Assembly: GCA_017656335.1 (NCBI GenBank)
Contig: JACDOA010000006.1
Location: 9,151-73,150, forward strand
Length of the DNA stretch: 64,000 nucleotides
Reading direction: 5' to 3'
Source of the DNA: Thermosipho sp. (in: thermotogales)
Lineage (GTDB): Bacteria; Thermotogota; Thermotogae; Thermotogales; Fervidobacteriaceae
Below, one piece after another: positions 1 through 9,630 of this stretch. The position numbers and the translations under genes are program-made. The notes under the pieces were generated by a model. It did no database searches. It was not told the DNA's origin and worked only from the letters and a program-made list of their open reading frames with translations. How positions within the stretch are numbered: the first letter of the stretch is position 1; every line of letters starts with the position of its first letter.

Positions 1-2678
1 TCATTTATTGAAAAATGAAGATTATAATCAATCAGATCGTTAAGTTGTTTGTTATTTAAAAAATCCCATCCTTTAGAAACACTTATACCCGAGAAATCAT
101 CTTTAAGAGACAAAATGAAGTTAAAATTAGATATATTATTCGATGTCGATTCATCACCAAAATTAATCCTGTATCGATACTTTGTTTCAAAAGTCAAAGG
201 TTTTAAATTATATTTAATAGATATTTTGTAATCATCAAACATACCAATTTGAAAGTAATACTCATTGGTAAAAGCATTATAAACATCCATATCAAATTCA
301 TATTGAGCATTTAATTGAAAGTTTTTATAAGTAAAAGAATAAGGTAAAACAAATTTATGATCAATTTTACTTGTATACTGGTTATTTCCATAAAAAACAT
401 CAAAGATCGTATTAAAATATTTCCCATCAAAAAGACTAAATTTATATCTTATATTTTCATTTGTAATCCAAGTAGAATCATCCAAAAAAAATCCTTCTTT
501 ATAAACACTTACATTAGATGTTAAATTGTTAACTTTAAATTTGAGAAAATCATTTAAAGAAAAACTAAGGTTATTCAACAAAAAAGAATTGTAAATTAAA
601 GATCTTTGACCATTATAATCCAAATAAAAATTAAAAATACTTTTTGTAGGTTTTGTACTAAAAGTATGTGTAAAACCAACTCGTTTGTTCCAGCTAGTTT
701 CTGAAACGTAATTTTGCTCGAAATAAAAGTCACCAAAAATTAATTTTGCTGATGTATTTAAAATTTTCCAATTTATTTTATATTCGAAGTTCTTAGTTTG
801 TAAATTCAAGATATTTTTCCCAAAATCTAATGAAAATTTCTCATTGGTTTTTGAATTATTTATTAATAACTTAAAATTTGTATCATCTTTAGATGTATTT
901 ATCGAGGTTTCCAAAACTAAATCATTTATATGAGACACATAACCCTGATTTGTTGAAAAACCATCATATGGTGACCAAGAAAATGAAAAGGAAAACGGGG
1001 GTTTTTCTCTTTCTGAAATGCTAGCAAAATAAACTGGATAAGGTAAAAAAGGAATATCGAGAATAAATAATAATGAATTTTCAGCCACAATGTATTTACC
1101 TTCATAAACAAAAACATTTAACGATTCTATCTTATAATGTGGATGTTCTAATTCGCAAGTTGTAATATAAGCTTCAGACAATAAAGAACTTGAAGGATAA
1201 GTAATAACGCTCTCGGCTCCAAAATATAAATTTACTTTTTTCCCCGAGCTTTTATAATCAAAATTACCTCTAACTCTCAAAGAGTATGATTTGTCCTTAT
1301 CAAATGTATATTTCAAATACTTTGCATAATAAACTCTTTCTTTATACCTATATTCTACGTTTCCTTCCGCTTCTAGATATTTTGCATTTTTATCTTCAAT
1401 AGTAATTGTAGCAAAGTCAGAAATTATATTATTTTCATTCCATAGAATTTGAACGTTTCCGCTAGCAAGTACAGTATCTTCAAAAAAGAAAATATTTGAA
1501 GCATCCAATGTTATTACACTAGAAAATGCCTGTGTATTAAAAAAAATAATTACAAAAACTGCTAAAATGAATAATTTTGACATAAATTCTCTTATTTTAT
1601 ATGCAAAAGGCGTATCAAGAACTAAAAACAAGAATATTCCTAAAAATCCAAATATGATATTAGGAATCCAAGCTGAGAAATAAGGATTAATTAAATTCTC
1701 TTTTCCCATAGCCGCAAGCCAAGCACCTGAACCCTGATAAAGTACAACGATACCAAAAGTTAGAATAACACTCCATGATTTGCTTTTTAGTCCAAACAAA
1801 AGCGATAAAGGAACACCTAATAATGCTATTATAAAAGGGCCAACTGAATTAGCATATCTTGAATGAAGTTCAACAATCCAAGGAGATGGATCTATGCCTA
1901 ATTTTGAAAATGTTGTTATCTTGTTTTTCAATTCTTTTCCTGTCATATCTCGAGGTGATTTTCCAAATCTCATCAAATTTTCAAGATCTTCTTTTAAATC
2001 TAATTTTATTCTTGAAAAGTTCATATCAAGTTTGAGAAAACCAGATTCATCAGTTACATACATCTTACCATTTAATAAATACCAAGCATTTTCTTCTTTG
2101 ATAACTCTATCAGCTGTAATTATTCTCTCTTCGTAATCAAAATTTTGAAACAAAACGACATCATATAATACACCATTTTCCTGGTCATATTTTTTTACAA
2201 AAAAATACTGTTCATCATCAATTTTTGTTAAAATATTTTCACGTATGTTTAATTCAGGTTTTTTATATACATATTTTGAAATTGTTTCAACAGCTTTTTG
2301 GTTAAACTTTGGTACAATTTGGTCGTTTAAATAAAATGCAAAAAGTCCGAAAACTATTGCAAGCAAAAAAAATGGAAAAACTAATTTTTTAGACGGGATT
2401 CCATGAACTAGCAAAGCTGTAATTTCTTTTGAATTGTATAATTGTGAGAGAACCCAAAAAATGGAAAATAAAACTCCAACAGGAATCCCCATAGAAATAA
2501 AATATGGTAAATTATAATAAATCAATTCAAACAATTTTAAAATACCAACTCGGTGTCTCACAATAATATCTGAAAGCTGGTATAAAAGTTCAACACTAGC
2601 AAAAACAACAAAACCAAAAAGTCCCATTAAAAAAGGGCCTATTGAAAGTTTTAAAATATATTTTGTTAAAACTTTCAA
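1..2678 (-). CDS. LptF/LptG (YjgP/YjgQ)-family permease continuing in the same frame into an OstA/LptD-like envelope domain; 3' end lies beyond the window start
   Basis: Absent from the ORF track because no stop is reached inside the window. TTG at 2678 overlaps the phoU stop (cTTGA) and opens MKVLTKYILKLSIGPFLMGLFGFVVFASVELLYQLSDII..., a multi-TM permease pattern. I checked codons across 1561-1700 and 2581-2678 and saw no in-frame stop. Codon 366 is ATG (1583), followed by MSKLFILAVFVIIFFNTQAFS and then a beta-rich sequence (VLASGNVQILWNENN...AEGNVEYRY). Confidence 0.6.
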   Translation of the reverse strand, partial: MKVLTKYILKLSIGPFLMGLFGFVVFASVELLYQLSDIIVRHRVGILKLFELIYYNLPYFISMGIPVGVLFSIFWVLSQLYNSKEITALLVHGIPSKKLVFPFFLLAIVFGLFAFYLNDQIVPKFNQKAVETISKYVYKKPELNIRENILTKIDDEQYFFVKKYDQENGVLYDVVLFQNFDYEERIITADRVIKEENAWYLLNGKMYVTDESGFLKLDMNFSRIKLDLKEDLENLMRFGKSPRDMTGKELKNKITTFSKLGIDPSPWIVELHSRYANSVGPFIIALLGVPLSLLFGLKSKSWSVILTFGIVVLYQGSGAWLAAMGKENLINPYFSAWIPNIIFGFLGIFLFLVLDTPFAYKIREFMSKLFILAVFVIIFFNTQAFSSVITLDASNIFFFEDTVLASGNVQILWNENNIISDFATITIEDKNAKYLEAEGNVEYRYKERVYYAKYLKYTFDKDKSYSLRVRGNFDYKSSGKKVNLYFGAESVITYPSSSLLSEAYITTCELEHPHYKIESLNVFVYEGKYIVAENSLLFILDIPFLPYPVYFASISEREKPPFSFSFSWSPYDGFSTNQGYVSHINDLVLETSINTSKDDTNFKLLINNSKTNEKFSLDFGKNILNLQTKNFEYKINWKILNTSAKLIFGDFYFEQNYVSETSWNKRVGFTHTFSTKPTKSIFNFYLDYNGQRSLIYNSFLLNNLSFSLNDFLKFKVNNLTSNVSVYKEGFFLDDSTWITNENIRYKFSLFDGKYFNTIFDVFYGNNQYTSKIDHKFVLPYSFTYKNFQLNAQYEFDMDVYNAFTNEYYFQIGMFDDYKISIKYNLKPLTFETKYRYRINFGDESTSNNISNFNFILSLKDDFSGISVSKGWDFLNNKQLNDLIDYNLHFSIN

Positions 2679-3379
2679 GAATTTTCCTCCTTAGTATTCT
2701 CTAAAGAGTCAATTGTATAAAGTTTATCATTGAAACACCTATATTGCTTTCCAGTAATTATGTATGATGTAGTTTCTGCAATTCTCGTTGCTTGATCTGC
2801 TATTTCCTCAATGTTTTGAGCAATTTCGAGTAAAATTAGCGCTCTCTTCACATATTTAGAATTTTCCATCATATATACCATTAATTCACTTCTAACTTCT
2901 TCCAAAAAATCATCAATTTCTTGATCGCGTTCACAAATATTCTCTGCACCATTCATATTCTGATCAGCAAACATTCTCATGCTCTCTCTTAACATTATTA
3001 AGGCATACTTAGCCATTTCAGGAATTGTTACTAAAGGTTTTAATTGTGGTTCTTTTATCAATTCCAAGGTTTTTTTTGCAATTTCTAATGATTTTTCAGA
3101 TATCATTTGAAAATAGCTTGATATCACAAAACTACCAATTACAATTCTTAAGTCTTTTGACATTGGCATCATAGTAGATAAAATTACTAAAGCTTTCTCT
3201 TTAATTTTCATATCCATAATATTAATTTCATTTTTTCTTCCAAGAACAATTTTGGTAGATTTTTCATCTCTTTCTTTCAATGAATTCAAAGCTTGATTAA
3301 ATAAAGTTTCAGCTAGCCATCCTTCTTTTAATACCATTTTTTTTAATTCTTCAATATTTTCCTTTAAAATCCAATCCAT
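2675..3379 (-). CDS. phoU: Phosphate transport regulator PhoU family
   Basis: 234 aa, two helical repeats with PhoU-like layout (..DKSTKIVLGRKNEINIMDMKI.., ..ERDQEIDDFLEEVRSELMVYM..EIADQATRIAE). Confidence 0.8.
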   Translation of the reverse strand: MDWILKENIEELKKMVLKEGWLAETLFNQALNSLKERDEKSTKIVLGRKNEINIMDMKIKEKALVILSTMMPMSKDLRIVIGSFVISSYFQMISEKSLEIAKKTLELIKEPQLKPLVTIPEMAKYALIMLRESMRMFADQNMNGAENICERDQEIDDFLEEVRSELMVYMMENSKYVKRALILLEIAQNIEEIADQATRIAETTSYIITGKQYRCFNDKLYTIDSLENTKEENS

Positions 3380-3388
3380 AATATCACC

Positions 3389-4159
3389 TTATTTAAAATA
3401 ATTTTTTCCATACCCCAATTTTTCCTTTATTGATTTTGAAAAGTCATAATCAAAAGGTCTTAAAATAGTAATATTTTTCTCGGATTTTTTTACTGAAAAC
3501 TTTTTAAACTTCCCATAATCAACTCCATCTACAATTAAATGAGTCTCAAAACTTGTTAAAACACTTATCTCTTCATAATCGGGCAAAATTACACTTCTTG
3601 AAGCTAAAAATTGAGGAGCTATTGGAGTTAAAACATATGCATCTACATTAGGCAACAAAATGGGTCCTCCTAATGAAAGGGAATAAGCAGTTGATCCGGT
3701 AGGGGTACTAATAACTAATCCATCAGCATGAAAGACAAAATTTCCGTCTCTAAATGTTATTTCTATGTCTACCATTTTCTGAGATGGTTCTTTCAAAGCT
3801 ACAACATCGTTTAAACACAATGCGTTTATTTCTTTAACTTCAAGAAACTGCCTTTTATCTTCTCTAAATTGATTAGTTTCAAAATCTTTTAAAAATTTTT
3901 CAAATTCCTCAATTGTATAGCTAGAAAGGAAGCCTAATCTTCCACCTTTAAATCCAATAATCGGAGATAAAACAAATTTAGCGGCTTTTAAAACTGTTCC
4001 ATCACCGCCAATTACTAAAGTTACATCCGTTTTGTAATTAATTTCTAATACATTTGACGAAAAAAATTTTATATTTACATTTTTTTCTTCTAACTTCTTA
4101 GCAAAACTGGAAGCTATCTTTTCTAAATCTGGTTTAAAAAATATCCCAATACTTTTCAT
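3389..4159 (-). CDS. nadK: NAD+ kinase
   Basis: GGDGT motif (VIGGDGTVLKAA) and ISTPTGSTAYSLSLGGPIL signature; 256 aa. Confidence 0.9.
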   Translation of the reverse strand: MKSIGIFFKPDLEKIASSFAKKLEEKNVNIKFFSSNVLEINYKTDVTLVIGGDGTVLKAAKFVLSPIIGFKGGRLGFLSSYTIEEFEKFLKDFETNQFREDKRQFLEVKEINALCLNDVVALKEPSQKMVDIEITFRDGNFVFHADGLVISTPTGSTAYSLSLGGPILLPNVDAYVLTPIAPQFLASRSVILPDYEEISVLTSFETHLIVDGVDYGKFKKFSVKKSEKNITILRPFDYDFSKSIKEKLGYGKNYFK

Positions 4160-4446
4160 TTTAACAAAAACCCCAAATCTATAATACTTTGCGCTAGAAA
4201 CCTATCTAAAAAAACTAATAAAACTATTGCTATTATAGGAGAAATATCTACAGGTCCAATTCTTGGGATAATCTTTCTTAATGGTTTTTCAACAATATCT
4301 GCCAGTGATTGAAAATAATAGTAAAAACTTCTCGCTTGAGGAATCCAACTTAAAAATGCTGATATTATAATAATAATAATTTCAATATTAAACAAAACTC
4401 TAATAGCATAACCAAATCCAATCAAAAAATTAGCAATTAAAAACAT
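4156..4446 (-). CDS. YggT-family small membrane protein
   Basis: 96 aa, two hydrophobic segments. Sits directly downstream of a YggS-type gene (conserved yggS-yggT pairing). 4-nt overlap with nadK. Confidence 0.65.
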   Translation of the reverse strand: MFLIANFLIGFGYAIRVLFNIEIIIIIISAFLSWIPQARSFYYYFQSLADIVEKPLRKIIPRIGPVDISPIIAIVLLVFLDRFLAQSIIDLGFLLK

Positions 4447-4520
4447 ATTTCTCCTCCTTTTGTTTGAAAATCTACCAAATCTTTTTTATAAAATAAAACG
4501 TTTTTTAAGAATTAAATTAA

Positions 4521-5213
4521 CTATTTGTATTTTCTTTCTCCAAAAATTGCTGTACCAATTCTCAATATAGTTGCTCCTTCCTCAACAGCTATAAGATAAT
4601 CATTACTCATGCCCATGGAAAGATGATTAATTTCAGGAAAATCTTTTTGTAAATTCTCTTTTAAAAGTCTTAACCTTGAGAAAACATTTCTGATAATCTT
4701 TTCATCATCTGTAAATGGAGCAATGGTCATTAAACCAACAACCTGTACATTCTTAAAATCCTTAGCTTTATAAACAAAATCACTTAGTTCTTTAGGTTTT
4801 AAACCGGATTTAGTTTCTTCACCAGATACATTAACTTGAATTAATACTCTTTGAATTTTATTTAATTTTTTAGACAATAAATCGATTTTTTCAAGTTCAT
4901 CAACTCTTGAAACAGAATGAATTAAATCACTAACCGGTACAATATATTTTAATTTGTTTAATTGAATTCTACCAATAAAATGCCAACTTATATCATACTC
5001 AATAAAATATTTTGATTTATCTCTTAATTCCTGTGCATAATTTTCTCCAAAAATTTTTATTCCTGAATCGTAGGCATCCTTGATAACTTCAACAGGAAAG
5101 GTTTTACTAACAGCAACTACTGTTATTTCCGAAATATCTCTTCCAATTTTATTACATGTTTTTTCAATATTTTTCAAAATTTTAAGATAATTTTCATAAA
5201 TCTTGACCATCAA
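4521..5213 (-). CDS. yggS: YggS-family pyridoxal-phosphate homeostasis protein (alanine racemase N-terminal fold)
   Basis: 230 aa; VVAVSKT (PLP lysine context), [14 protein letters not shown] and SMGMSNDY motifs typical of YggS/PROSC. Confidence 0.85.
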   Translation of the reverse strand: MMVKIYENYLKILKNIEKTCNKIGRDISEITVVAVSKTFPVEVIKDAYDSGIKIFGENYAQELRDKSKYFIEYDISWHFIGRIQLNKLKYIVPVSDLIHSVSRVDELEKIDLLSKKLNKIQRVLIQVNVSGEETKSGLKPKELSDFVYKAKDFKNVQVVGLMTIAPFTDDEKIIRNVFSRLRLLKENLQKDFPEINHLSMGMSNDYLIAVEEGATILRIGTAIFGERKYK

Positions 5214-6213
5214 AAAGCCCTCCTACCTTTTTATAACCAAGATGCTTATATGACTTTTTGGTTGCTATTCTTCCTCTAGGAGTTCTAGCTAGAAAACCAC
5301 TTTGCAGTAAATATGGTTCATAAACTTCTGAAATACTATCCTCGGCTATACCAACAGATGCAGCTAAAGATTTCAACCCAACTGGTCCACCATTATAAAC
5401 CTCAATAATCGTTCTTAGTATTTTTCTATCCATTTCATCTAAACCATTTTCATCTATTCCCAAAAGTTTCATTATTTCTTCAACCATCTTTATATCAATT
5501 ACTTTTTTTTCATTAACTGTGCTCATATCTCTAACTCTTCTTAATAATCTTAATGCTATTCTTGGAGTTCCTCTAGATCTTTTAGCTAGCAAAAACGCTG
5601 CATCATCCTCAATTTTTACATCAAGTATATTAGCTGCTCTTTTTAAAATTATCTTCAATTCATCTTCACTGTAGAAATCAAGTTCCATAATCAATCCAAA
5701 TCTATTCCTTAATGGTGAACTTAAAAGCCCACTGCGTGTAGTAGCTCCAACTAGGGTAAATGGTTGCAAATCAATTCTTATTGATCTTGCCGATGGCCCT
5801 TTTCCTATCATGATATCAATTTGAAAATCTTCCATAGCGGTATATAAAATCTCTTCTACAGATTTGTTCATTCTGTGAATTTCATCTATAAACAATATAT
5901 CACCGAATTCTAAATTAGTTAGTATAGCAGCTACATCCCCCTGTTTTTCAAGAACCGGTCCACTGGTTACATGTATATTGGTACCCATTTCATTAGAAAT
6001 AATGTGAGCAAGAGTGGTCTTCCCCAAGCCAGGAGGCCCAACCAACAAAACATGATCTAATGCTTCATTTCTTATTTTCGCAGCGTTAATAGCAAGCAAT
6101 AATCTTTTTTTTATCATTTCCTGACCAATATATTCCCATAAATACTGAGGCCTTATGGTTAAATTATCTACAGGAGTCCTTTCTGGATCAAAAATTCTTT
6201 CAGAAATAATCAC
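5194..6213 (-). CDS. ruvB: Holliday junction branch migration helicase RuvB
   Basis: Walker [15 protein letters not shown], Walker [10 protein letters not shown], and [18 protein letters not shown] sensor region. The start codon (GTG 6213) sits only ~1 nt after GGGAGG, so the exact start is uncertain. Confidence 0.93.
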   Translation of the reverse strand: MIISERIFDPERTPVDNLTIRPQYLWEYIGQEMIKKRLLLAINAAKIRNEALDHVLLVGPPGLGKTTLAHIISNEMGTNIHVTSGPVLEKQGDVAAILTNLEFGDILFIDEIHRMNKSVEEILYTAMEDFQIDIMIGKGPSARSIRIDLQPFTLVGATTRSGLLSSPLRNRFGLIMELDFYSEDELKIILKRAANILDVKIEDDAAFLLAKRSRGTPRIALRLLRRVRDMSTVNEKKVIDIKMVEEIMKLLGIDENGLDEMDRKILRTIIEVYNGGPVGLKSLAASVGIAEDSISEVYEPYLLQSGFLARTPRGRIATKKSYKHLGYKKVGGLFDGQDL

Positions 6214-6323
6214 ACCTCCCTAACTATATTAAATAATACCATAAAAAACCTTTAAAATAAACAAAAATCCACCATATACTTTTTATAAAAATATTTCTGT
6301 GATATAATTCTTAAAAAATAAAC

Positions 6324-6351
6324 TTGACAACAAATAAAAAATATGTTTAAT
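6324..6351 (+). promoter_or_regulatory. Candidate sigma70-type promoter for acpP (TTGACA-N16-TTTAAT)
   Basis: TTGACA at 6324-6329, 16-nt spacer, TTTAAT at 6346-6351, ~35 nt upstream of the acpP ATG. Such matches are easy to find in AT-rich DNA. Confidence 0.35.
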
Positions 6352-6385
6352 CTTAAATGTAAAAAGAAAAGTGAGGAGGGTTATA

Positions 6386-6643
6386 ATGGAAAGAGCAGAA
6401 CTTTTTAGGCAATTAAGCAAAATTTTGGCTGAAAAACTTGATATACCAATTGAAGAAATTGACGAATCATCCAACATTATTGATGATTTAGGTGCTGATT
6501 CACTTGACGTTGTCGATCTTATTATGATTTTAGAAGACGAGTACGGAATAAGAATTGAAGATGAAGAACTAGAAAGTATACTAACTGTAGGAGATGTACT
6601 AAATATAATTGAAAAAAAACTTCAAAACAAAGAGGAGGAGTAA
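6386..6643 (+). CDS. acpP: Acyl carrier protein
   Basis: DLGADSLDVVDLIMILEDEYG with the phosphopantetheine serine in DSL. The ATG at 6386 is preceded by GAGGAGG; the GTG at 6371 used in the track lies inside that RBS. Confidence 0.9.
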   Translation: MERAELFRQLSKILAEKLDIPIEEIDESSNIIDDLGADSLDVVDLIMILEDEYGIRIEDEELESILTVGDVLNIIEKKLQNKEEE

Positions 6644-6644
6644 A

Positions 6645-7526
6645 TTGAAATCTACAAGTGCTTGTCTTGTTTGTCATGTTTCACAAGCCCAAAGAATTTT
6701 AAGTAAATATGTTAATAATGAAGAAGAAAAATGGAACTTGCTAACCAAAGTTCTAAGCGATTTATCCACAGTAAAGTATGGTTTAAAACCAATTGATATT
6801 TCAGAAGAAATGTATACTAATTTAGAAAAATACCTTAAAATTGATGATATTTTTCGAAATGAGAAGAAAAAATCAAATGAAATCGCATTAAAGTTGTACG
6901 ATACCTTTAAACTAAAAATTTTAGATTCTTCTGATCCATTATATGATGCAGCAAAATTAGCAGTATCCGGTAATTTAGTTGATTTTGGAGCTATGCCAGA
7001 TTCCTTAGAATTTTTAATTTCAAAAGTTACAGAAATTTGGAATGAGCCTTTTTCTATTGATGACTTTGAAGAATTTAAATTAAAACTTTTAAAGTCTAAT
7101 TCTCTTTTATATTTAGTTGATAATGCTGGAGAAATTGTTTTCGATAAGCTATTTATTGATATCATCAAATCTTTTCATAAGGATTTAAATATTGCAGTTG
7201 CTGTAAAAGGACAACCTATAATTAACGATGCAACTATAGAAGATGCAAAACAAATTGGTTTGGATAAATTAGCCAAAATTATAGATACGGGGCTGAAAAC
7301 CCCGGGTGTTACTATTAGCAAATCAACTGAAGAATTCAGAAAAGCCTTTTATGATTATGAAATTGTATTAGCCAAAGGTCAGGGAAATTTTGAAGGATTA
7401 TCAGATGAAAAGAGAAAAAATTTGTTTTTTGCATTGATTGCAAAATGTGATGTCATTTCAAAATTTTTAGGACTAGAAAAAAACTCAAAAATCTTTATAA
7501 ATTCAAAAAGAATTTCCCAAGCTTAA
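6645..7526 (+). CDS. DUF89 / ARMT1-like damage-control phosphatase family protein
   Basis: LVDNAGEIVFD and KGQGNFE motifs characteristic of DUF89. The TTG at 6645 is preceded by AGAGGAGGAG (inside the acpP 3' end); the track start at 6609 would overlap acpP. Confidence 0.75.
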   Translation: MKSTSACLVCHVSQAQRILSKYVNNEEEKWNLLTKVLSDLSTVKYGLKPIDISEEMYTNLEKYLKIDDIFRNEKKKSNEIALKLYDTFKLKILDSSDPLYDAAKLAVSGNLVDFGAMPDSLEFLISKVTEIWNEPFSIDDFEEFKLKLLKSNSLLYLVDNAGEIVFDKLFIDIIKSFHKDLNIAVAVKGQPIINDATIEDAKQIGLDKLAKIIDTGLKTPGVTISKSTEEFRKAFYDYEIVLAKGQGNFEGLSDEKRKNLFFALIAKCDVISKFLGLEKNSKIFINSKRISQA

Positions 7527-8286
7527 TCACAATTGAATTTTTAACTTTTTCAAAATCGCCATTTGAGATTAAAAAAGCCGAATAATCTTTTGTTATTTTT
7601 TTTGGAACAACTATTGAAAAATCCTGGATTTTTTCTTCTAAAATTTCTTTCATTAAAAAATATTTTGTTTCTACATTTGGGGCTAACAAATCTTTAAATT
7701 TAACTGGCTTAGCCACTTCTAATGCCTTTTTGATATGTGTTTCTCGCCCCCTACCCCAATCGTAAATTCTATAAGTTAAATCTGAAGATTGCTGTACTTC
7801 AATCACTGTAGAATTTGGACCTAATGCATGAATTGTTCCAGCAGGAATATTAACAAAAGTTCCTGCTTTTATTTTTTCTATTCTAAGAACATTATTCCAG
7901 TTACCTTTTTTAAGTGCATTTTTAATCAAAGAAGGCTCTTCGCATATAGCAATAGTGCCATCGCTTAGAAAATACCATGCTTCATTTTTTCCCCAAGGTT
8001 CATTTTCAACACTTTTTGCATATTCATCATCTGGATGAACTTGAACAGACAACCAAGATGAAGAAGATATTAACTTAACTAACAAAGGAAATCTGTCAAA
8101 TTTCTTTCCACATAATTGTTCTGATGCTTCATTAATATTTCTTCCGCTACTCAATACGGAAGTATGAAAATGGTGCCCGGAGACCAACCAAATTTCCCCA
8201 ATTGGTTCTCCTTTAATATCAAAAATTTTATTCAATTCAGGGTTTCCCCATATCATTTTTCTAAAAAAGGGATAAACTTTTTCCAT
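7495..8286 (-). CDS. manA: Type I phosphomannose isomerase (cupin)
   Basis: LSVQVHPDD and GKNEAWYFL metal-site motifs plus IPAGTIHALG; 263 aa. Its 3' end overlaps the convergent DUF89 gene by 32 nt. Confidence 0.75.
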   Translation of the reverse strand: MEKVYPFFRKMIWGNPELNKIFDIKGEPIGEIWLVSGHHFHTSVLSSGRNINEASEQLCGKKFDRFPLLVKLISSSSWLSVQVHPDDEYAKSVENEPWGKNEAWYFLSDGTIAICEEPSLIKNALKKGNWNNVLRIEKIKAGTFVNIPAGTIHALGPNSTVIEVQQSSDLTYRIYDWGRGRETHIKKALEVAKPVKFKDLLAPNVETKYFLMKEILEEKIQDFSIVVPKKITKDYSAFLISNGDFEKVKNSIVIKLGKFFLNL

Positions 8287-8296
8287 AAAAACCTCC

Positions 8297-9604
8297 TTAA
8301 AATAGCAAAGCGGTCATAAATGAAATAAACGCCAACAAAATCGAACTACCAGCTAATATAGTTAAAATATAAATCTTTGAATCTAATTTTTTAATATTTT
8401 TGTTTAAATTATCAATATTTGAAGAAGTTTCATCAATAAAACTCGAAAAATTTTCAATGTTTCTAGAAATTTCACTTAATTTTGATCCATCTATTTCTAA
8501 TTTTTCTAATTTCTCTACTTTAGTTTCTAATTCTGATATTCTTTCAATTGCTGGATCCAACTTAATCACTTTATTATTTAATTCACTTAATTTTGTTTCA
8601 AGTTCATTAAAACTTTCACTTAAGGTATTTAATTTCATATTTAATAAATTTATATCTGAATCAAAAGAATTGATCTTATTTTCTAATTTCTCAAAATTTT
8701 TTAATCTTTCATTAATTGAAGTTAATGAATTTTCAAAGTTTTCAACTTTTAATTTCATTTCCTGAAAATCATCTAAATTTTTTAGTTTTGCAAAGTCAAA
8801 ATCTTTTAAATTTAAATAAATTTCATCCAAATAATTTAATTTATCGTTAAAAGATGAAAAGCTTAATGAAAGATTCTGTACAGTATTTTTTAAATTTTCA
8901 AGTTGTACATTCACCTGATCATTTTTAATTTTCGCATCTTTCTTTACATTATCTATTTCCTCATTAATTGAATCTATTTTCTGAGTTAAGTCTTTATTAA
9001 TATTAAAAAGAGAATTTTCCATTAAAGAAACTTTATTTTTAATATCCTCAAAATCTTCTTTACTTACAAAATTTTTCTCAAGATTTGAAACTCTTTTCTC
9101 GAGATTTAACAAATTTTCATTTTTCAATTGTTCTTCCAAAGAAGAGATTGAAGCATTTAAAGTTAAAATCCCTGTTTCTAAAATTGGAATTTTTGAAAGA
9201 GTTGATTTATAATTTTCAAAATCATTAGATAACTTTGTGATTGTTTTACTTAGATTTTTTTGTTCTTCATCTACAATGTTAATCCTCTCATCAATACCAG
9301 ATATTAAACTCTTTGTTAATTTCGTAGTATTATTTATCTCACTTATTTGCTTCAATAAGTCGTTTATTGATTCAAGATTGAATAGTTGGATAGCATTATA
9401 AATAATTCTAGCAACATCGATTCTAGTCATTAATAAATTCGGCTTGAATTTTCCATTTTCATCGAGCTCCATAATTCTATTTTCGACCAAATATTTTATT
9501 AACTCATAATCAGCTGAATATGGAGAAACATCCGTTATAACTACTTCTACTGAAAACGCAAGAATTGAGAAAACCAAAAGAAGTACTATCAGTATTTTTT
9601 TCAT
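8297..9604 (-). CDS. Omp-alpha-like envelope spacer: signal peptide, SLH domain, long coiled coil, C-terminal TM anchor
   Basis: N-terminal MKKILIVLLLVFSILAFS. SLH-like ITDVSPYSADYELIKYLVENRIMELDENGKFKPNLLMTRIDVARIIY. About 330 aa of heptad-like E/K/N/L-rich sequence. C-terminal IYILTILAGSSILLAFISFMTALLF. Confidence 0.65.
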   Translation of the reverse strand: MKKILIVLLLVFSILAFSVEVVITDVSPYSADYELIKYLVENRIMELDENGKFKPNLLMTRIDVARIIYNAIQLFNLESINDLLKQISEINNTTKLTKSLISGIDERINIVDEEQKNLSKTITKLSNDFENYKSTLSKIPILETGILTLNASISSLEEQLKNENLLNLEKRVSNLEKNFVSKEDFEDIKNKVSLMENSLFNINKDLTQKIDSINEEIDNVKKDAKIKNDQVNVQLENLKNTVQNLSLSFSSFNDKLNYLDEIYLNLKDFDFAKLKNLDDFQEMKLKVENFENSLTSINERLKNFEKLENKINSFDSDINLLNMKLNTLSESFNELETKLSELNNKVIKLDPAIERISELETKVEKLEKLEIDGSKLSEISRNIENFSSFIDETSSNIDNLNKNIKKLDSKIYILTILAGSSILLAFISFMTALLF

Positions 9605-9630
9605 AGAAACCCTCCAAACAAAGCTAATGT

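Noticed and set aside
49-2136. Small ORFs 49-231(+), 926-1117(-) and 1894-2136(+)
   Set aside because: All lie inside, or antisense to, the long edge-truncated minus-strand ORF (1-2678), which has far better coding character.
6371-6644. Upstream alternative starts for acpP (GTG 6371) and the DUF89 gene (6609)
   Set aside because: GTG 6371 lies within the GAGGAGG Shine-Dalgarno. Position 6609 would overlap acpP by 35 nt, whereas TTG 6645 has an ideal RBS.
6674-7168. 164-aa minus-strand ORF within the DUF89 gene
   Set aside because: It is antisense to a gene with clear DUF89 motifs. It has no RBS and a low-complexity S/K/F-rich product.
8400-8765. 121-aa plus-strand ORF inside the Omp-alpha-like gene
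   Set aside because: It is antisense to a long coiled-coil gene. The low-complexity F/S/N/L-rich translation is what the reverse complement of E/K/N/L-rich heptads produces. No RBS.
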